From Phaeosaccion multiseriatum (Eukaryota; Protista; Ochrophyta, other classes): a stretch of 64,000 nucleotides of DNA. Below, piece after piece: positions 1 to 13,200 of the stretch. The stretch is taken from NCBI GenBank assembly GCA_965112735.1, contig OZ218961.1, positions 1,302,001 to 1,366,000 of the forward strand. Direction: 5' to 3'. Below the pieces are notes generated by a model. The model saw only the letters and a program-made list of their open reading frames with translations, had not been told where the DNA came from and searched no databases. The number at the start of each line of letters is the position of its first letter. The first letter of the stretch is position 1. Both the position numbers and the translations under genes were made by a program.

Positions 1-1
1 T

Positions 2-316
2 GGGCAAGGCGACCTGTTTGGGGGGGAGCCAAAGCTTGTGTACCTGTACCAGTCTATAGTGGGAGACAAGGGCCCGCTTCTCACTCGGGCCAGTGTAGTC
101 GCGATGAACCGGCCTACGTTGGAGTCTTGCTGCGCACGGGAAGGGATTAAGTACTCGAAAGGGACCCTGTTGGCGCGCCTTGCGTCCCGCGAAGCACCCG
201 CGGAGCAGCCTGTGACGCCCGTTGTAGAGCCTTCGGCACCCCCAACACCTCCCACCACCCCTGCTGTCCTCTCTAGCCCGCCCCCGGCCGCTCCAGACAC
301 TGCTGTCATGATATAA
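2..316 (+). CDS. 3' end of an ORF with a SAP-like C-terminal helix pair and Pro-rich tail (possibly a retroelement ORF end)
   Basis: Open frame from the window edge. MNRPTLESCCAREGIKYSKGTLLARL loosely fits the SAP pattern. Followed by a UTR-like stretch ending in (TG)n. Confidence 0.3.
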   Translation, partial: GQGDLFGGEPKLVYLYQSIVGDKGPLLTRASVVAMNRPTLESCCAREGIKYSKGTLLARLASREAPAEQPVTPVVEPSAPPTPPTTPAVLSSPPPAAPDTAVMI

Positions 317-542
317 TTAGTGCTTTTAATTGACATTAGTGTTTTCAATACTTCTCCCAACCCCCCTTTTCTCCCTCGCCCTTCGTTTCTCGGCATGCTG
401 CGAACCGGACGACAGCTCTTCTTGTAGAGGGCATCTTTGCGCAGATTCTGACCTACCACACACCTTCGTACACCTTTCTGGCCAAGAGTTACGAGCTTTG
501 GAAGCTGGGGCAGAGCAGCGATTGTGGGCCGGACTTTGTTGA

Positions 543-680
543 CTTAATAGGAATCACCTAAGAAACTGAAAGTGTGAAAGTGTGTGTGTGTGTGGGTGTG
601 TGTGTGTGTGTGTGTGTAGGTGTCCCTAAGGTCTGTCAGGCCCGCCATCTGTGAGTCTGGATGTGGAGGCCCTGAGGCCC

Positions 681-721
<41 letters not shown>

Positions 722-782
722 ACACAACACACACAACACACGCACATAATTCATAAGCAATTCTTAGGTTGATTCCTATAAG
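543..782. repeat. Inverted ~22-bp repeat enclosing facing (TG)n and (CA)n tracts
   Basis: cttaataggaatcacctaagaa (543-564) vs reverse complement of 761-782, cttataggaatcaacctaagaa. TG tract ~572-617, CA tract ~681-745. Confidence 0.8.
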
Positions 783-1034
783 AGAATTGCTGCTCCACTT
801 ATTCACTCAAGCTCTGTCAGGCTGTACTCGCTGCGAAAGTCCACGTCGAACCATGAAGACGTACTCACTGAAGCCTCAACATTCACAGCAGCGCCTCGAA
901 GCGCGACAGTCACAGCCGTCCATCCTGCTCTGTACTGACCCACGCTCACCGGAAGCCTCCCCAAAAGACCGCTAACTGCCCCCCCACCCCTCCCGCCATG
1001 TCTCTCTCTCCATCTGTGCGAGCTTGTTCTCCTC

Positions 1035-2051
1035 TCAGTCCTGGCAGTCGCAGGGGTGCCCATTGGCGTGCACCCATTGCTTGATGTCCTCAAATGTTGC
1101 GGCCTCGATATGCCATTCTTCCCCATCAAACCATTCTCCGTACACTCTGTCCCTGATGACCTGCGGGCACGATCTTTCGTCCCACTCACACTGCACTTTC
1201 TCCGATCTGAGCCATTTCAGCACAGCAAGGCTCTTACCCTGCACGACTGCACAACTACAGACCCACCAATCCCAATCACAGAGGCGGCGAGCCTTGGCGT
1301 GGAGGAACTTCAGTGCCTCGAGATGGCCAAAGGAAGCGGCAGAGGAAGCTCCCTTCCGCCAATTATGCTCGTCGTGGTCTTCCAACCAGGCTCTGGTGGG
1401 AGGATGCTCGAGAAGCCATTCCAGGACGGGGATTTGCCCACCCATACAAGCGCCGTCCCGAGATACTGAAGATTCAAGATCAAAGTCTGCATTCGTACGG
1501 AGTTGTGTGTTGGCATCCTCCGATAGCAGCCACTTGAGCATCTCCAAACGCCCATTACTTGCAGCCAACTCATAGACCAGAAGGGCCCACGGGCACTGCT
1601 TCTTGCGGGGAAGGTCCTCCGAGCGCAGCCACTTCAGGACTTGCAGGCCATGCTTTTCGTTCTCCGGTGCTGCGAAACACACAGATACACACCAGGGACA
1701 CCTTTTGGCATAAAGGGCCTTGCATACCTCGACATCTCCGTGCCGGGCAGCGGCCTCGAAGACCTTCACATAAAGCTCGAGCCCCTGCCGATTTGTCGCC
1801 CAGTTCGTGCACTCCACAGAGCTGACCACAGATGAGAAAGCTGTCTCCATTACTGGATACAAAGCAGTGTAGCTGGCCTTCCACGTCTTACTCGCACTTG
1901 CGACGAAGCAGAAGTGCCCCTCTCCCACGTGCCCCAAGACAGAACGGAGCAGCTCGGGCTGTGCCAAGACCTCGTGGCAAGCTTCAAAGAGCAGCCCATT
2001 CCCTCCTTCATCTGAAGCAGGAGCACTGGGACCAGCACCAGCCGCTGCCAT
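1035..2051 (-). CDS. Intronless ankyrin-repeat-like protein (CPW-type repeats) with F-box-like N-terminus
   Basis: 338-aa ORF. PELLRSVLGHVGEGHFCFVASASKTWK is F-box-like. Repeated AAxxGxLExLKWL and CPW/CDW motifs are typical of algal and giant-virus ankyrin proteins. Confidence 0.8.
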   Translation of the reverse strand: MAAAGAGPSAPASDEGGNGLLFEACHEVLAQPELLRSVLGHVGEGHFCFVASASKTWKASYTALYPVMETAFSSVVSSVECTNWATNRQGLELYVKVFEAAARHGDVEVCKALYAKRCPWCVSVCFAAPENEKHGLQVLKWLRSEDLPRKKQCPWALLVYELAASNGRLEMLKWLLSEDANTQLRTNADFDLESSVSRDGACMGGQIPVLEWLLEHPPTRAWLEDHDEHNWRKGASSAASFGHLEALKFLHAKARRLCDWDWWVCSCAVVQGKSLAVLKWLRSEKVQCEWDERSCPQVIRDRVYGEWFDGEEWHIEAATFEDIKQWVHANGHPCDCQD

Positions 2052-2982
2052 CCCCCTCCCCTCTGTCCGCTGCCAAATATCCTTCAGCCAGTGCTGCTCC
2101 TCGATGAGGGAAGATGTGTTGGTAGAAGGCTACACTCTGTGTCCTGCGCTGTACGAAGGCGTGGTAGACGGGGCCAAGGGTCAAGAGCAAGGGGTCTATA
2201 TGGGAATAGTGACTCGATGACTCTGGATGTCGAAACCAGCCACCTTCTTTCCCCTCTTGGCGCGACTTACGAGTGCTTTCTCTCTCTCCCTAGAGTAGCG
2301 TGGTATGGGGGAGGACTGCGACGCATGCGCTGAAGACCACATCTGCCTCTCTCCGTACTCTTTTTTTTTGGCGCGCTGCCCACGCCGTCTGGGCTTCCCG
2401 CCAATGGCCTGCTGCCGACCTGCCCTCCCTCTTCTAAAGTAGCGTGGCGTTGTAGAATGTTAAGGAAGGCGGTGGTGGGGAGGAGGGAGGAGGGTTCCTC
2501 TGTACTATGCTTGTAAATACTTCGGCGGCTTTGGGCTCGACCATGACTGCCGGCACCTACTTTGGAGACGCCATGGACCTTAGGCACGCCTTCAACTCAT
2601 ATACTGCCAAGCTTTCCACAGCACTCCGGGAGCTGGAGGAGGAGGAGGTGGTGGTGGTGACGGCGCTGCTGCCACCGAACAACAACGGGCCCCAGATCGC
2701 CAAGGGTATTGATGCCCACAGCAGGACGAGAAGAAGCACTATCAGCACCAGCGGCATTAGTGGCACCTGCCTCCTTTCTAGTGCTACTGCTACTTCTGCT
2801 GCTGCTACGGCCCCCTCTGCTCTTTCTCCTTCCTCTGCTGGAGAAGAGGGAGGAGGAGGTGGGCCTCTTCCAATCGATCTGCTCCACGCTGTGGGGCAGG
2901 GTCAGGGGACACGAGGAGGAGCAGGTGCAGGTGCTACCGGACAAGCAGAAGAGCACCGAAGGGGCTGAGGAGGAGCACGTTG

Positions 2983-3020
<38 letters not shown>

Positions 3021-4136
3021 CCAAGGCAAGCAAACCGCAGCAGCAATGGCAGCAGTGGCAGCGCTACTCAGCAACGGGAGAGAGGCACAGGAGGGGAGGG
3101 GGGTGAGGAAGAGGGGGAGGGGGAGGGGGGGGAGGAGGCAAGCGATCGCCCTCCAGATGAGCAGCGCCGGGGAGGAGGTTTAACTCTTACTCTTCCCCGG
3201 GCTTCTCACCCACCCCCGTTGATGCCGAGGGAGGATGGAGAGGAAACAGTTTCAGATATGCAGGTCGAGGGAGAGGAGGAGGAGGAGGCTGGGGGGGGTT
3301 ATTTCAAGGACACAAGTGCGCGTCGATCCATCCCGTCAAAGTACGTCACGAGGGTGCCCCGCTTGGTGGGAGGCAACCACCGAAGCAGCAGCGGTGGCAA
3401 AGCAGCTCCAATGGGGCACAGGGGGGGCAGCCGCCTTCGGAAGCGCTCCTTCAGTGACGCAGACTGCAGCTTCAAACATGGCAGTGGCGGCGGCGGTGGC
3501 GGCGGTGGTGGTGGTGGTGTGTATCAGGGTCCGAAGAGGGCACTTGCGAGGAGTAGGAGTAGTGGAGCGAAAACTGCGTCAGCAGCAGCAGCAGCAGTAG
3601 GAGGAGGAGGTGTCGCTCGAGATGCAAAGATGCTCATCCCTAGTAGTTGGGGCCCGGGCTTCCCCTCGAGGAGGTCCAGGAAGGCGGACGGAGAAGCAGG
3701 GAGGCAGGCTCTTCTGCAGGGGCAGGCACACAAGCAGAAGCAGTCCAGGGTCAGGGGAAGGACTTGTGGCGCTTGGGATGGTCAGAGGAGAGGAGGAGGA
3801 GGAGGAGGACGAGGAGGAGGTGCGAAGCCTCTGGACCTGCGCTCGAAGGAGAACGTTATCTATTGCGCCCCCAGTATGACTCACCCCCAGAATGACGCGA
3901 CCGCCATAGCCTGGGTCAGGGGCAGCAGCAGCAGCAGCAGCAGCAGCAGCTCCAACAGCAGCAACAACAACAACTGTAGTGGTGATGGTAGGAGTAGTAC
4001 CAACACGACAAGGAGGAAGGCGAAGAGGTGTACTCCCGAGGGGGCGGGTAATGCTGCCACCACAACCACCACCACGACCACGACCACGACCAACTTGTGC
4101 ACAAAAAAAGGGCTTTTTGAATATATTTACGTTTTC

Positions 4137-4655
4137 GCTCCTTCCTTCCTTCGTTCCTTCCTTCCTTCCTTCCTTCCTTCCTCCCTTCCTTCTCTTCCTT
4201 CCTTCCTTCCTTCCTTCCTTCCTTCCTTCCTTCCTTCCTCCCTTCCTTCTCTTCCTTCCTTCCTTCCTTCCTTCCTTCCTTCCTTCCTTCCTTCCTTCCT
4301 TCCTTCCTTCCTTCCTTCCTCCCTCCCTGCCTGCCTGCCTCCCTCCCTCCCTGCCAGCCTGCCTCCCTCCCTCCCTCCCTCCCTCCCTCCCTCCCTCCCT
4401 CCCTCCCTCCCTCCCTCCCTCCCTCCCTCCCTCCCTCCCTCCCTCCCTCCCTTCCTTCCTTCCTTCCTTCCTTCCTTCCTTCCTTCCATCCTTCCTTCCA
4501 TCCCTCCTTCCTTCCTTTCTTGCTTCCTTCCTTCCTTCCTTCCTTCCTTCCTTCCTTCCTTCCTTCCTTCCTCCCTCCCTCCCTCCCCCTCTTCTTGCCT
4601 CTCTCCCTCCCTCCCTCCCTCCATCCCTCCCTCCATCCATCCATCCATCCATCCC
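4137..4655. repeat. (CCTT)n/(CCCT)n/(CCAT)n tetranucleotide microsatellite
   Basis: Direct inspection. Confidence 0.95.
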
Positions 4656-6926
4656 TCTGTTGCCAATCCTGCCATTGCTAGCAAGTCGGAAAGTGATTCC
4701 CCCCATGGCAGTGTATCGCCGGAAGTAGAGGTGTCATACTGCTAAAGGTAAGCAATAAGAGCCTTCTCGGTAACCTACCCGGATGGGAAGTTGAGAGCAG
4801 TAAGAGAGGAGATGGCCACCGAGGGGGCACCAACAGCGGGCATACGCGGAGACTCCTGCCTCTTCGCTGTCCGAACTGCTCCTGCCATTCTCCTTCGCAG
4901 GACAAGAAGGAGAATTGGGATAAGGGAGGAGGGTGACACGCACCCAGCCAATTCCTCACCCGGCAGCTAAGACACTATATTTTTGCCTCGCTCCCTTTTC
5001 CCCCTGTAGCTAGCTCTAGAGCCTCTGAGCCAGGGTTCTGACCGGAGCCACAATCACAGACCGAAACGTCCAAATCACCAACACCTCTAGAAAGCGTTGG
5101 GAAATATTTTCACTCGAAGATCGTGCCAAGCCCACTGCTCTGCGATTCCAGTCGTCCGCCGCGGACTTGCGCCTAACCAGCTCGCGTTTCGCCCCCCCTC
5201 CCCCCCCCTCACAATCTACTCTACTCAGCGTGACATGAGAAAGGAGGGGCGAGGAGGAGAACGAGTAGGTCTGGTTTCCGGCACCAGCCAGGGGCGTTCG
5301 AGGTGCAGCCAGCCACAGCCATCACCAGGGTGCGTGGAGTCGCTCGGGGGCTCGACGGCCTCACTAGCTACTACAGCCAGAGGAAGCACCAAGGGGTGAC
5401 CGAGCGCGGGGTGACCGAGCGAGCTCTTATCGGGGAAGGCGTCCAAAGCCGAGGAGCGGAGACTACTACTGGGCTGCGAAGCTTTCCTCTTTGGCTGGAG
5501 ATGTAGCTACGCGTCGGGGTGGTGGAATCGCTTCTGCGCCGTCGCTTCTGCTGGCTGGCTGCTGATGGACCGAGTAAGTCGCTCGTGCGTAGTGGAGAGA
5601 GTGGTGGAGAGATGAAGCAAATAGTGCCTCCACCGCCTCCTCCGCCTCCCCAGCTGGCTGGGCCTCCACATTCTTTGTGGACGTAGATCCCGAGACATGT
5701 CCCTGGCTGCTACAGGTAAGAATAGATGCCACCTTTAGCTACTTGTATATTTTGCCAAGCAAGGGGGGGCCTTAGCTAACTCGCTCGGAAAATGTCGCTG
5801 CCTGCGCCCCGAGCTTCTTTCACCAGCAGGAGCACCGAAAATAGCGCTATGCATGGATCTTCTAAGGTACTTTCTACCCCGTGGCGGACTGTGGGGCGAG
5901 AAAAATGGCACGGGCATGGACCACAGCAGCAGCACCACAGGAGCTTCAGTTTTCTCATGGAAAAGCAGCAGTAGGACAGTCCTGTGGCCCTGCCCTCCAC
6001 TTTTCAAATCAAAACGAAAAGGGCATGATGGACCACCACCATCTCCCTCTTGGCTAGCTCCCCACAATTCGGCAGCAGCAGCAGCATCTGTCTCTGAGCC
6101 TTAGCCCCCGCCCGCCCCGGACTTGAGACGAGTTTTGAAATCAAAATGAAAGCAAGGGGCATGGAGCAGCAGCTGGCCCTGCCCTCTCCTCCAGCCCCCC
6201 GTCACCGGCACGACTCGACACTGGTGAGGGGAGCGAGGCGGGAGACAGCGGCGCACTGTTCTACAGGGAGTTGTCTGGCCTCGACTCCAGCCAGCCCCCC
6301 TTCCAGCCAGAACACCGCCAAGCAACAAGCAAGGGCACGGGCACCGACACCAAGTAGGCGGGAAGAAGCACCTTTCTGGTCCTTTACCCTGACGCCGACA
6401 GCGACGTCAGACGCCGGGGCCTGCAGCAGCTGCTGTTGTCGCACAAACAGGACTCCGGCGAGGCTGATTTCCCAGGAAGACCATATTGGCGGAGGCAGCA
6501 GAGGCAGAGGGCGAGGCAGTGGCGGGGCCAGAGATAGCACCATTCAACAAGAGCGGAGGCAGGGCGGCACATGCTGCAGCGGAGAGAGCACGGGTGGGTA
6601 ACCAGAGTCCCGCCACAGCTCAAGCAAGGAGGGCCACGGATACTGCAGCACGGAGAGCACGGCTGAGTAACCTCAGTCCCGCGTCACTGGCTGCCCATAG
6701 GGTGACGACGAATAGGCAGGGTAGCTGAGGAGGGGCTCGTCCTTCTGCTGCGGATGCTGGTGATGCTGATGCTGATGCTGGTGGCTGGTGCTGATGCGGA
6801 TGCTGGTGCTGGTGGTAGCCGATTCAGCTTTACTAGTCCTGAGGTGAGTGTATACAAGTGACTGTCTCATTATTGCCCGAGGCCTCGCATGCTTAGTACA
6901 CAGTACACTCACACATTCCCCTCAAG

Positions 6927-7255
6927 CAGTCGCACTGGCGGTGGCGTTGGTGCGGTATCAGGGATAACCTCAAAGGCCAAGCTGCGACGCGCGAACCGCC
7001 ACAGAGCCATGCAGCTCGCCACGATGGAGGCGTTGCTTCGGGCCTGCTGCAGGCTCCAAGAGACCGGCTTCGGTGGACATGGAGGTCAGTCGCTCAGTCC
7101 GTCAGTTGGGCAGGCAGGCAGGCAGGCAGGCACGGAGATACGCAGGCAGGCAGGCAGGCAGGCAGGCAGATAGGCAGGCTCCGGACATAAGATGGAAGGA
7201 GGTGGTGTGTTGCTCCCCCGTCCCTCTAACCGCACATACTTCACGTACTCCCTCC

Positions 7256-7286
<31 letters not shown>

Positions 7287-10200
7287 CCGCCCCTCCCCCT
7301 CTTCTCCCCTCTCCGTCTCCCTCGGTGCAGCTGTGGGGCGAGTACATGAGCCGCCCAGCGCACGGGCCGGAGAGGCTTCGCCAAGAGCACAGGTGAGTGA
7401 GTCCAGAGGCCCCCACCCCAGCAGAAGGCACATGTCCCCCAGTCTTCTCCTTGATGATTGGTGCCTTCTGGTGCCTTCCCACAGGCGTAGTAGGTCACTT
7501 CTCTCTGTCTCTCTGTCCCTCCCTCTGTGTGTCTGTCTCTCCGCCCATCTTAACGCACTCTGCCTTTCTCACATTTACGTTTCCTCTCTGTTCTCTTACC
7601 ATCTCACCCCATCTCTCTCTCTGTCGCGGGCAGCGTGTATGTGTGCAGGAGGAAGAGGAGGAGGAGGAGGAGGAGGAAGGGGGGTAGGAGGAGGAGGAGG
7701 AGGAGGAGAAGGAGGAGGAGGAGGGGGAGGGGGAGGAGGAGGAGGGGGAGGAGGAGGAGGAGGGGGAGGAAGAGGAGGAGGAGGAGGAGGAGGAGGAGGA
7801 GGAGGAGGAGGAGGAGGAGGAGGAGGAAGAGGAGGAGGAGGAGGAGGAGGAGGAGGAGGGGGAGGAGGAGGAGAGGAGGAGGAGGAGGAGCGGCACACCT
7901 TCTGCGACAGTCACTGCATCGAAGCCTGCGGGCTGACGGACTATGCGATGACCGGCATTATGACCAGTACCGCCGACTGCGACAACGGCAGTAGCAACTT
8001 CCTTGACTTCCAGGTGGGGGGGAGGAAGGGGGGGAGACGGGAGGCGAGGAGTGAGAGAGAGAGAGAGACGAAAGACAAAACATACCGCGCATGTTTTCTT
8101 CGGGGCCACCGAGTCTTGGACTCAGGATTTACGCGTGCTCCCCTCCCCACCCCACTCCACACAACCCCTACGAAACGCCATGTAACTATACGTAAACCTT
8201 ATGTTATGCTCAGGTGTCAGAGGACTGCTTTGTGTACCTCTGCATCATCAACGCAGCGGGGGAGGGGATGGCAGCGGATGGAGGGGCAGTTGGTGATACA
8301 GGAGGAGGAGGAGGAGGAGGAGGAGGAGGAGGAGGCGGAGAAGGCGGAGGGGGGCCAGTAGAGGCCCTTGACTCCCACCCTCCCGGCCCCTTAGCGCCCC
8401 CCTCGTGGGTCGCGGCGTTAGGGTTCCATCGCTGGCCGGGTAGAGCCGTTGTGTGTCTCGACTCGGGGGGGGCAGAGCATCGCTTCGGAGTCTTCGTCAA
8501 GAAGGTACGGTGGTTGGTGTCAGGACTTTGCCCTGGGAGGATGGCGTTGGATGGAGACGTGTGTGTGCGTGTGTGTGGGTGTGCATGCCAGAGCTGGAGA
8601 CTCCCACCTAGCCCACCGTATCACCAACTCAGGTAACTCAGGGGCGTGTGCGGCTCGGAGGCAACGCAGGCCTCCCTCTGCATTACTTTGTGCTCCTCTC
8701 GTGCCGAGGCCCACAGGATGGCAGTGGATGGGTGGGTGGCCTCTCGCCGCCGGCTGCTGCTGCTGCTGTGTCCCCTCTCTCCTCGCCCAGGGGAAGCGCA
8801 GTAGCCGCAACAGCAGCAGCAGTTGGTGATACAGCAATAGCAGCTTCCGAAGCGCTAGAGAGAGGGATGACAGTAGAAGGGCCTCTTCTTCCTTCTTCTC
8901 CTCCAGTTGGGGGGCACGATCAAGTGAGTGTGTCTCTCTCTCTCTTTGTGTGTGTCGCTCTCTCCCTCGCTCTCTATGTTGCTCTCTTCTCTCTCCCTCT
9001 CTCTCTATGTTGCTCTCTTCTCTCTCCCTCTCTCTCTATGTTGCTCTCTTCTCTCTCCCTCTCTCTCTATGTTGCTCTCTTCTCTCTCCCTCTCTCTCTA
9101 TGTTGCTCTCTTCTCTCTCCCTCTCTCTCTATGTTGCTCTCTTCTCTCTCCCTCGCTCTCTATGTTGCTCTCTTCTCTCTCCCTCGCTCTCTATGTTGCT
9201 CTCTTCTCTCTCCCTCTCTCTCTATGTTGCTCTCTTCTCCCTCCCTCTCTCTCTATGTTGCTCTCTTCTCCCTCCCTCTCTCTCTATGTTGCTCTCTTCT
9301 CTCTCCCTCTCTCTCTATGTTGCTCTCTTCTCTCTCCCTCTCTCTCTATGTTGCTCTCTTCTCCCTCCCTCTCTCTCTATGTTGCTCTCTTCTCCCTCCC
9401 TCGCTCTCTATGTTGCTCTCTTCTCTCTCCCTCTCCGTCTCTCTGTTTCTCTCCCTCTCCGTCTCTCTGTTTCTCTCCCTCTCCCTCTCGCTGTCCCTCA
9501 CTCCCTGTCTCTTACTCTCTCCTAAGCTCAAGCCTTCTGTCTCTCTCTCCCCTTTCTCCTCTCCTTTGCACGCACTATCTCCCGCCCCCAGGCAGTGTGG
9601 GTCAGCAGAGGCTGCAGCAGCACCAGCAGCAGTTGATGATACAGCGACAGCAACAGCAGCAGTTGGTTATACACAACACCATCGTCGGCGCTTCCTGGGC
9701 TCTGACAGAGGCGTCGCCAATTGGAAGCTCGTCCGCTCTGACAGAGATCGGACTAAGGGTGGAGAAGGAAGCGCAGGTGAGTGAGTGGTTGCAGGCATAT
9801 GGGCAAGCAGACAGACAGGCAGGCTGGCAGCAGGCGCTGGCAGATAGGCAAGCATGCGAAACTACCTGAAACTCCAACTCCCCCCCCCTCCGGACTCGCC
9901 CCCCTGGGCAGGCCATGTCCCGGACTGTGCAGCGCGTGGCGGCGGTGGCGTGTGCGATCGATAGACAGGTACGTGAAACTCGTATTGCACTTGCTGTTTC
10001 AGTTTCAGTTTGTATGGCCTCATCGATATCGATGTCGAGGTAGCGTAACGTTCTGGTATCGACATTATATCGACGCCCCTGCTCGGCCTGACACCCTTGA
10101 TCCCGTTCCTGATGCCCGCTGCCTCAAAGGCCAAGAAGGGATCCTCGCTCACCAAAGGGGCAGGGGAAGGAGCAGGGGCGGCCGCAGATGGTGGTACGGT

Positions 10201-13200
10201 GGTGCGGTTGTCGGGCGTTCGTTTCCAGCTCGCAGTGGCGCTACTCATTGAAGAAGGTACGACACACACGTTATACCATGATGAACGTATAGAGCATGGG
10301 GTATAGGGTATGGGGTATAGGGTATGGGGTGTGGAGGGTAAGACGTATAGCGTATGGGGTATGGAGGATAAGACGTATAGCGTATGGGGTATAGGGTATA
10401 GGGTATAGGTTATGGGGTAGGGTGTGGATATTAGGGTATATGGTATAGGGTATGGGGTATGGGATATCCACTGCCATCCCTCATTTCCCTCTCGTCGCAA
10501 CTCCTCACACGCATTTCCTTATGTACATCATGCTCTCATGGTGCACAACACGTGTCGCCTTCTGCTTCGATGACTGCCTACGCCAGCACCAGCTCCAGCA
10601 CCAGCCCCAGCAGCTGGTGATGCAGCAGCATCCACCCTCGAGGGTCCCTGTGAATGCTGTGAATCACCACTTGCTGGAGGTGTGCATCGTCGACAGCACT
10701 GACGATGTCCAGGAGAGGGGGGATGGCAGTGGAGGTGGTGGTGGTGGTGGTGGTGGTGGAGGAGGAGGAGGAGCTGCTGGAGGAGGAGGAGGGGAGGGGG
10801 CGCGCTTCTTAAGACAGTGCTCGGCTCCAGGCTGCACCAAACTTACCTTCGATCTGTCATTGTCACAGATGGCACTGGACGCAGAGCACGGGCAGGAAGC
10901 AGCAGCAGCAGGAGGAGGAGGAGACGGAGGAGGAAAAGGAGATGGAGTAGGAGGAGGGGGAGGGGGAGGAGGAGGAGGAGGAGCAGGAGGAGGAGGAGCA
11001 GCAGCAGCAGCAGCAGCTGACCATACACAGCGAACTGAAGCTCTTCTCGGTAGCGGCGCTCCAGGGGGGCCGAGGGACGCATGGGACGGGTTGCCGCTCT
11101 TTTGTGCAGAGCACAGATCCCATGATGAGTCTTTGTCATGTACGATGGATCCTACTGCTGCTGTATCACCAACTGCTGCTGCTGCTGCTGCGGAGACAAG
11201 GGGGGAGGAGAGAGGGCCAGGGCTGCGAAAGGCACGCGCTATCGAAGGTCGGTCACAGTCAGTCACTCAGTCACTAAGTCACTCACGCCCTCGCTCACTT
11301 ACTCACTCACTCACTCACTCACTCACTCACTCACTCACTCACTCACTCACTCACTCACTCACTCACTCACTCACTCACTCACTCACTCGCTCACTCACCC
11401 ACCCACCCATCCACCCGCCCACCCACTCACCCACCCACTCACTCACTCATCACTCACTCACTCACTAACTCACTCACGTGCTCCCTCACTCACTCACTCT
11501 TTCACTCTTTCACTCATTCACCGACTCACTCCCTCACTCCCCCACTCACACACTCACTACCTCATGCTTTCATTTCTCATTTCCCACTCAAGGTCCGTGT
11601 CCCCCCCCCCCCCTGGGTCCCTCTTGTCTCGACACTGTGCACTGTGTCTGCTAGGTGCTCTGTTTTGGGAACATCTGTCCTCGGAGCCCCTCCTGGGCAG
11701 GGGTGACGTCATCGCAGCGAGGCTATGCACAGGCATATGGGCCAAGTACTTCAATCACACTCTTGGACCGGTAGAGGGGGGTGTCCAGGGGGGAAGGGGG
11801 ACGGAGAGGGGGGCGGAGTACTGTGTGGAGCCGTGGAAGGTGGCTGCAGATTTGCGTAGTGCCAAGGTTAAAGCGAGGAGGAGCGCTAGGGTAGTCGTAT
11901 TACCAACTGCTGGAGGTGGAGGTGGTGCTGCAGGAGTAGGAGGAGGAGGAGGAGGAGGAGGAGGAGGAGGAGGGGCCGGAGCAGGGCCTGACTACTTGCC
12001 CATCTCGCTCAAGGCCATCGCGCCTTGGCACCTCACGCTGAACCTGACCACTTCGCTCATCCACACGTACCACCAACTGCTGCCCATGCTGAGCAGCAGA
12101 GAGGACCTCGGCCTGGGTCTGGGGATGGCAATGGACGGCGAAGGAGGGGAGAGGAGGAGAAGGCCAAGGGCTTACTATGGGGAGTTGTCGCATTACACGT
12201 TGGGTGTATACGGGGGGGGCTCGCAGAGGCGGGTCGTCGCCATTCGGAATCTGTTGGGGAGTAAGGTCACAGTGACCTTGATGAGGAGAGGAGGGGGAGG
12301 AGGAGGAGCAGGAGGAGGAGGAGGAGGAGGAGGAGGAGGAGGAGGAGGAGGAGGGGACTGTAAGCTGCCATGGAGTGCAGCTGCCGCTGCTGCTGCGACG
12401 ACTGCTGCCGCGACTGCTGCTGGTAGTAGTAAGAGAAGGAGTAGGAGGGCTAGCTGGGGTCTTGGTGGTGGTGGTGGTGGGGCATTGGGAGAGAGGAGAA
12501 AAAGCAGCGGAGCACAAGTAGGAGTAGCAGCAGTTGGTGATACAGGAGCATTAGCAGCCCCAGCTGGAGGGGGAAAGGGCAAGGGGAGAGGAGGGACGGG
12601 GACAGCAGCGACAGCGATGGCGACGGCGAGTAGCGTGGTGGTGCAGCAAGTGGTCATCCAGCACGGGGAGGAAGTGGCTCATATCGCTCTGCATTCTTTG
12701 GCAGGAGGCGAACAGCAGCAGCAGCAGCAGGGGCAGCAGGGGCAGCAGCCTGGGGAGGGGGATGGCAGTGGATGGGGCGCTCTGTTTCTGGAGGTGGAGG
12801 TGGAGGGTTTCCAAGCGGTGACGGACGTGCCCCTGGACTTTCTTCTCCACGGCTCCCCGCCCGAGCTGCGAAAGCTTCGACCCTTAGTGCGAGGGGGAAG
12901 GGGGGCGGCTCACAGCGGCGTTAACCTCCCCTTCTTGGCGCTTGTGGTGGGGAGCAAGCGAGCCCTCAATAGGACCCACGCTCTGATGCTTGACGTTGAG
13001 GTATGCGTGTGTGTGTATGCTTGTGTGCGTGTGTGTGTGTGTGCGTGTGTGTGTCGGTGTGTGTGTGTGTGTGTGTTGACATTTTTGGCTGAAGCGTGCA
13101 TGTAGCAAGCACCCCACTCACTCACTCACTCACTCACCAACTCACTCACTCATGCTCGTGCCAGCATATCCGCCATGCAATACCGACCTCCCCTCCCCTT

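Noticed and set aside
2709-4745. 678-aa ORF and many similar long ORFs (e.g. 18360-20486, 7192-8361, 53168-54337)
   Set aside because: They stay open only because they cross stop-free microsatellites; the translations are low-complexity.
2543-6850. Candidate genes at 2543-2968 and 6146-6601, and short direct repeats near 5394 and 6570-6700
   Set aside because: No recognisable domain or consistent exon chain; insufficient support.
10290-10462. Telomeric repeat
   Set aside because: Degenerate TATAGGG/TATGGGG inside an intron, not a canonical terminal array.
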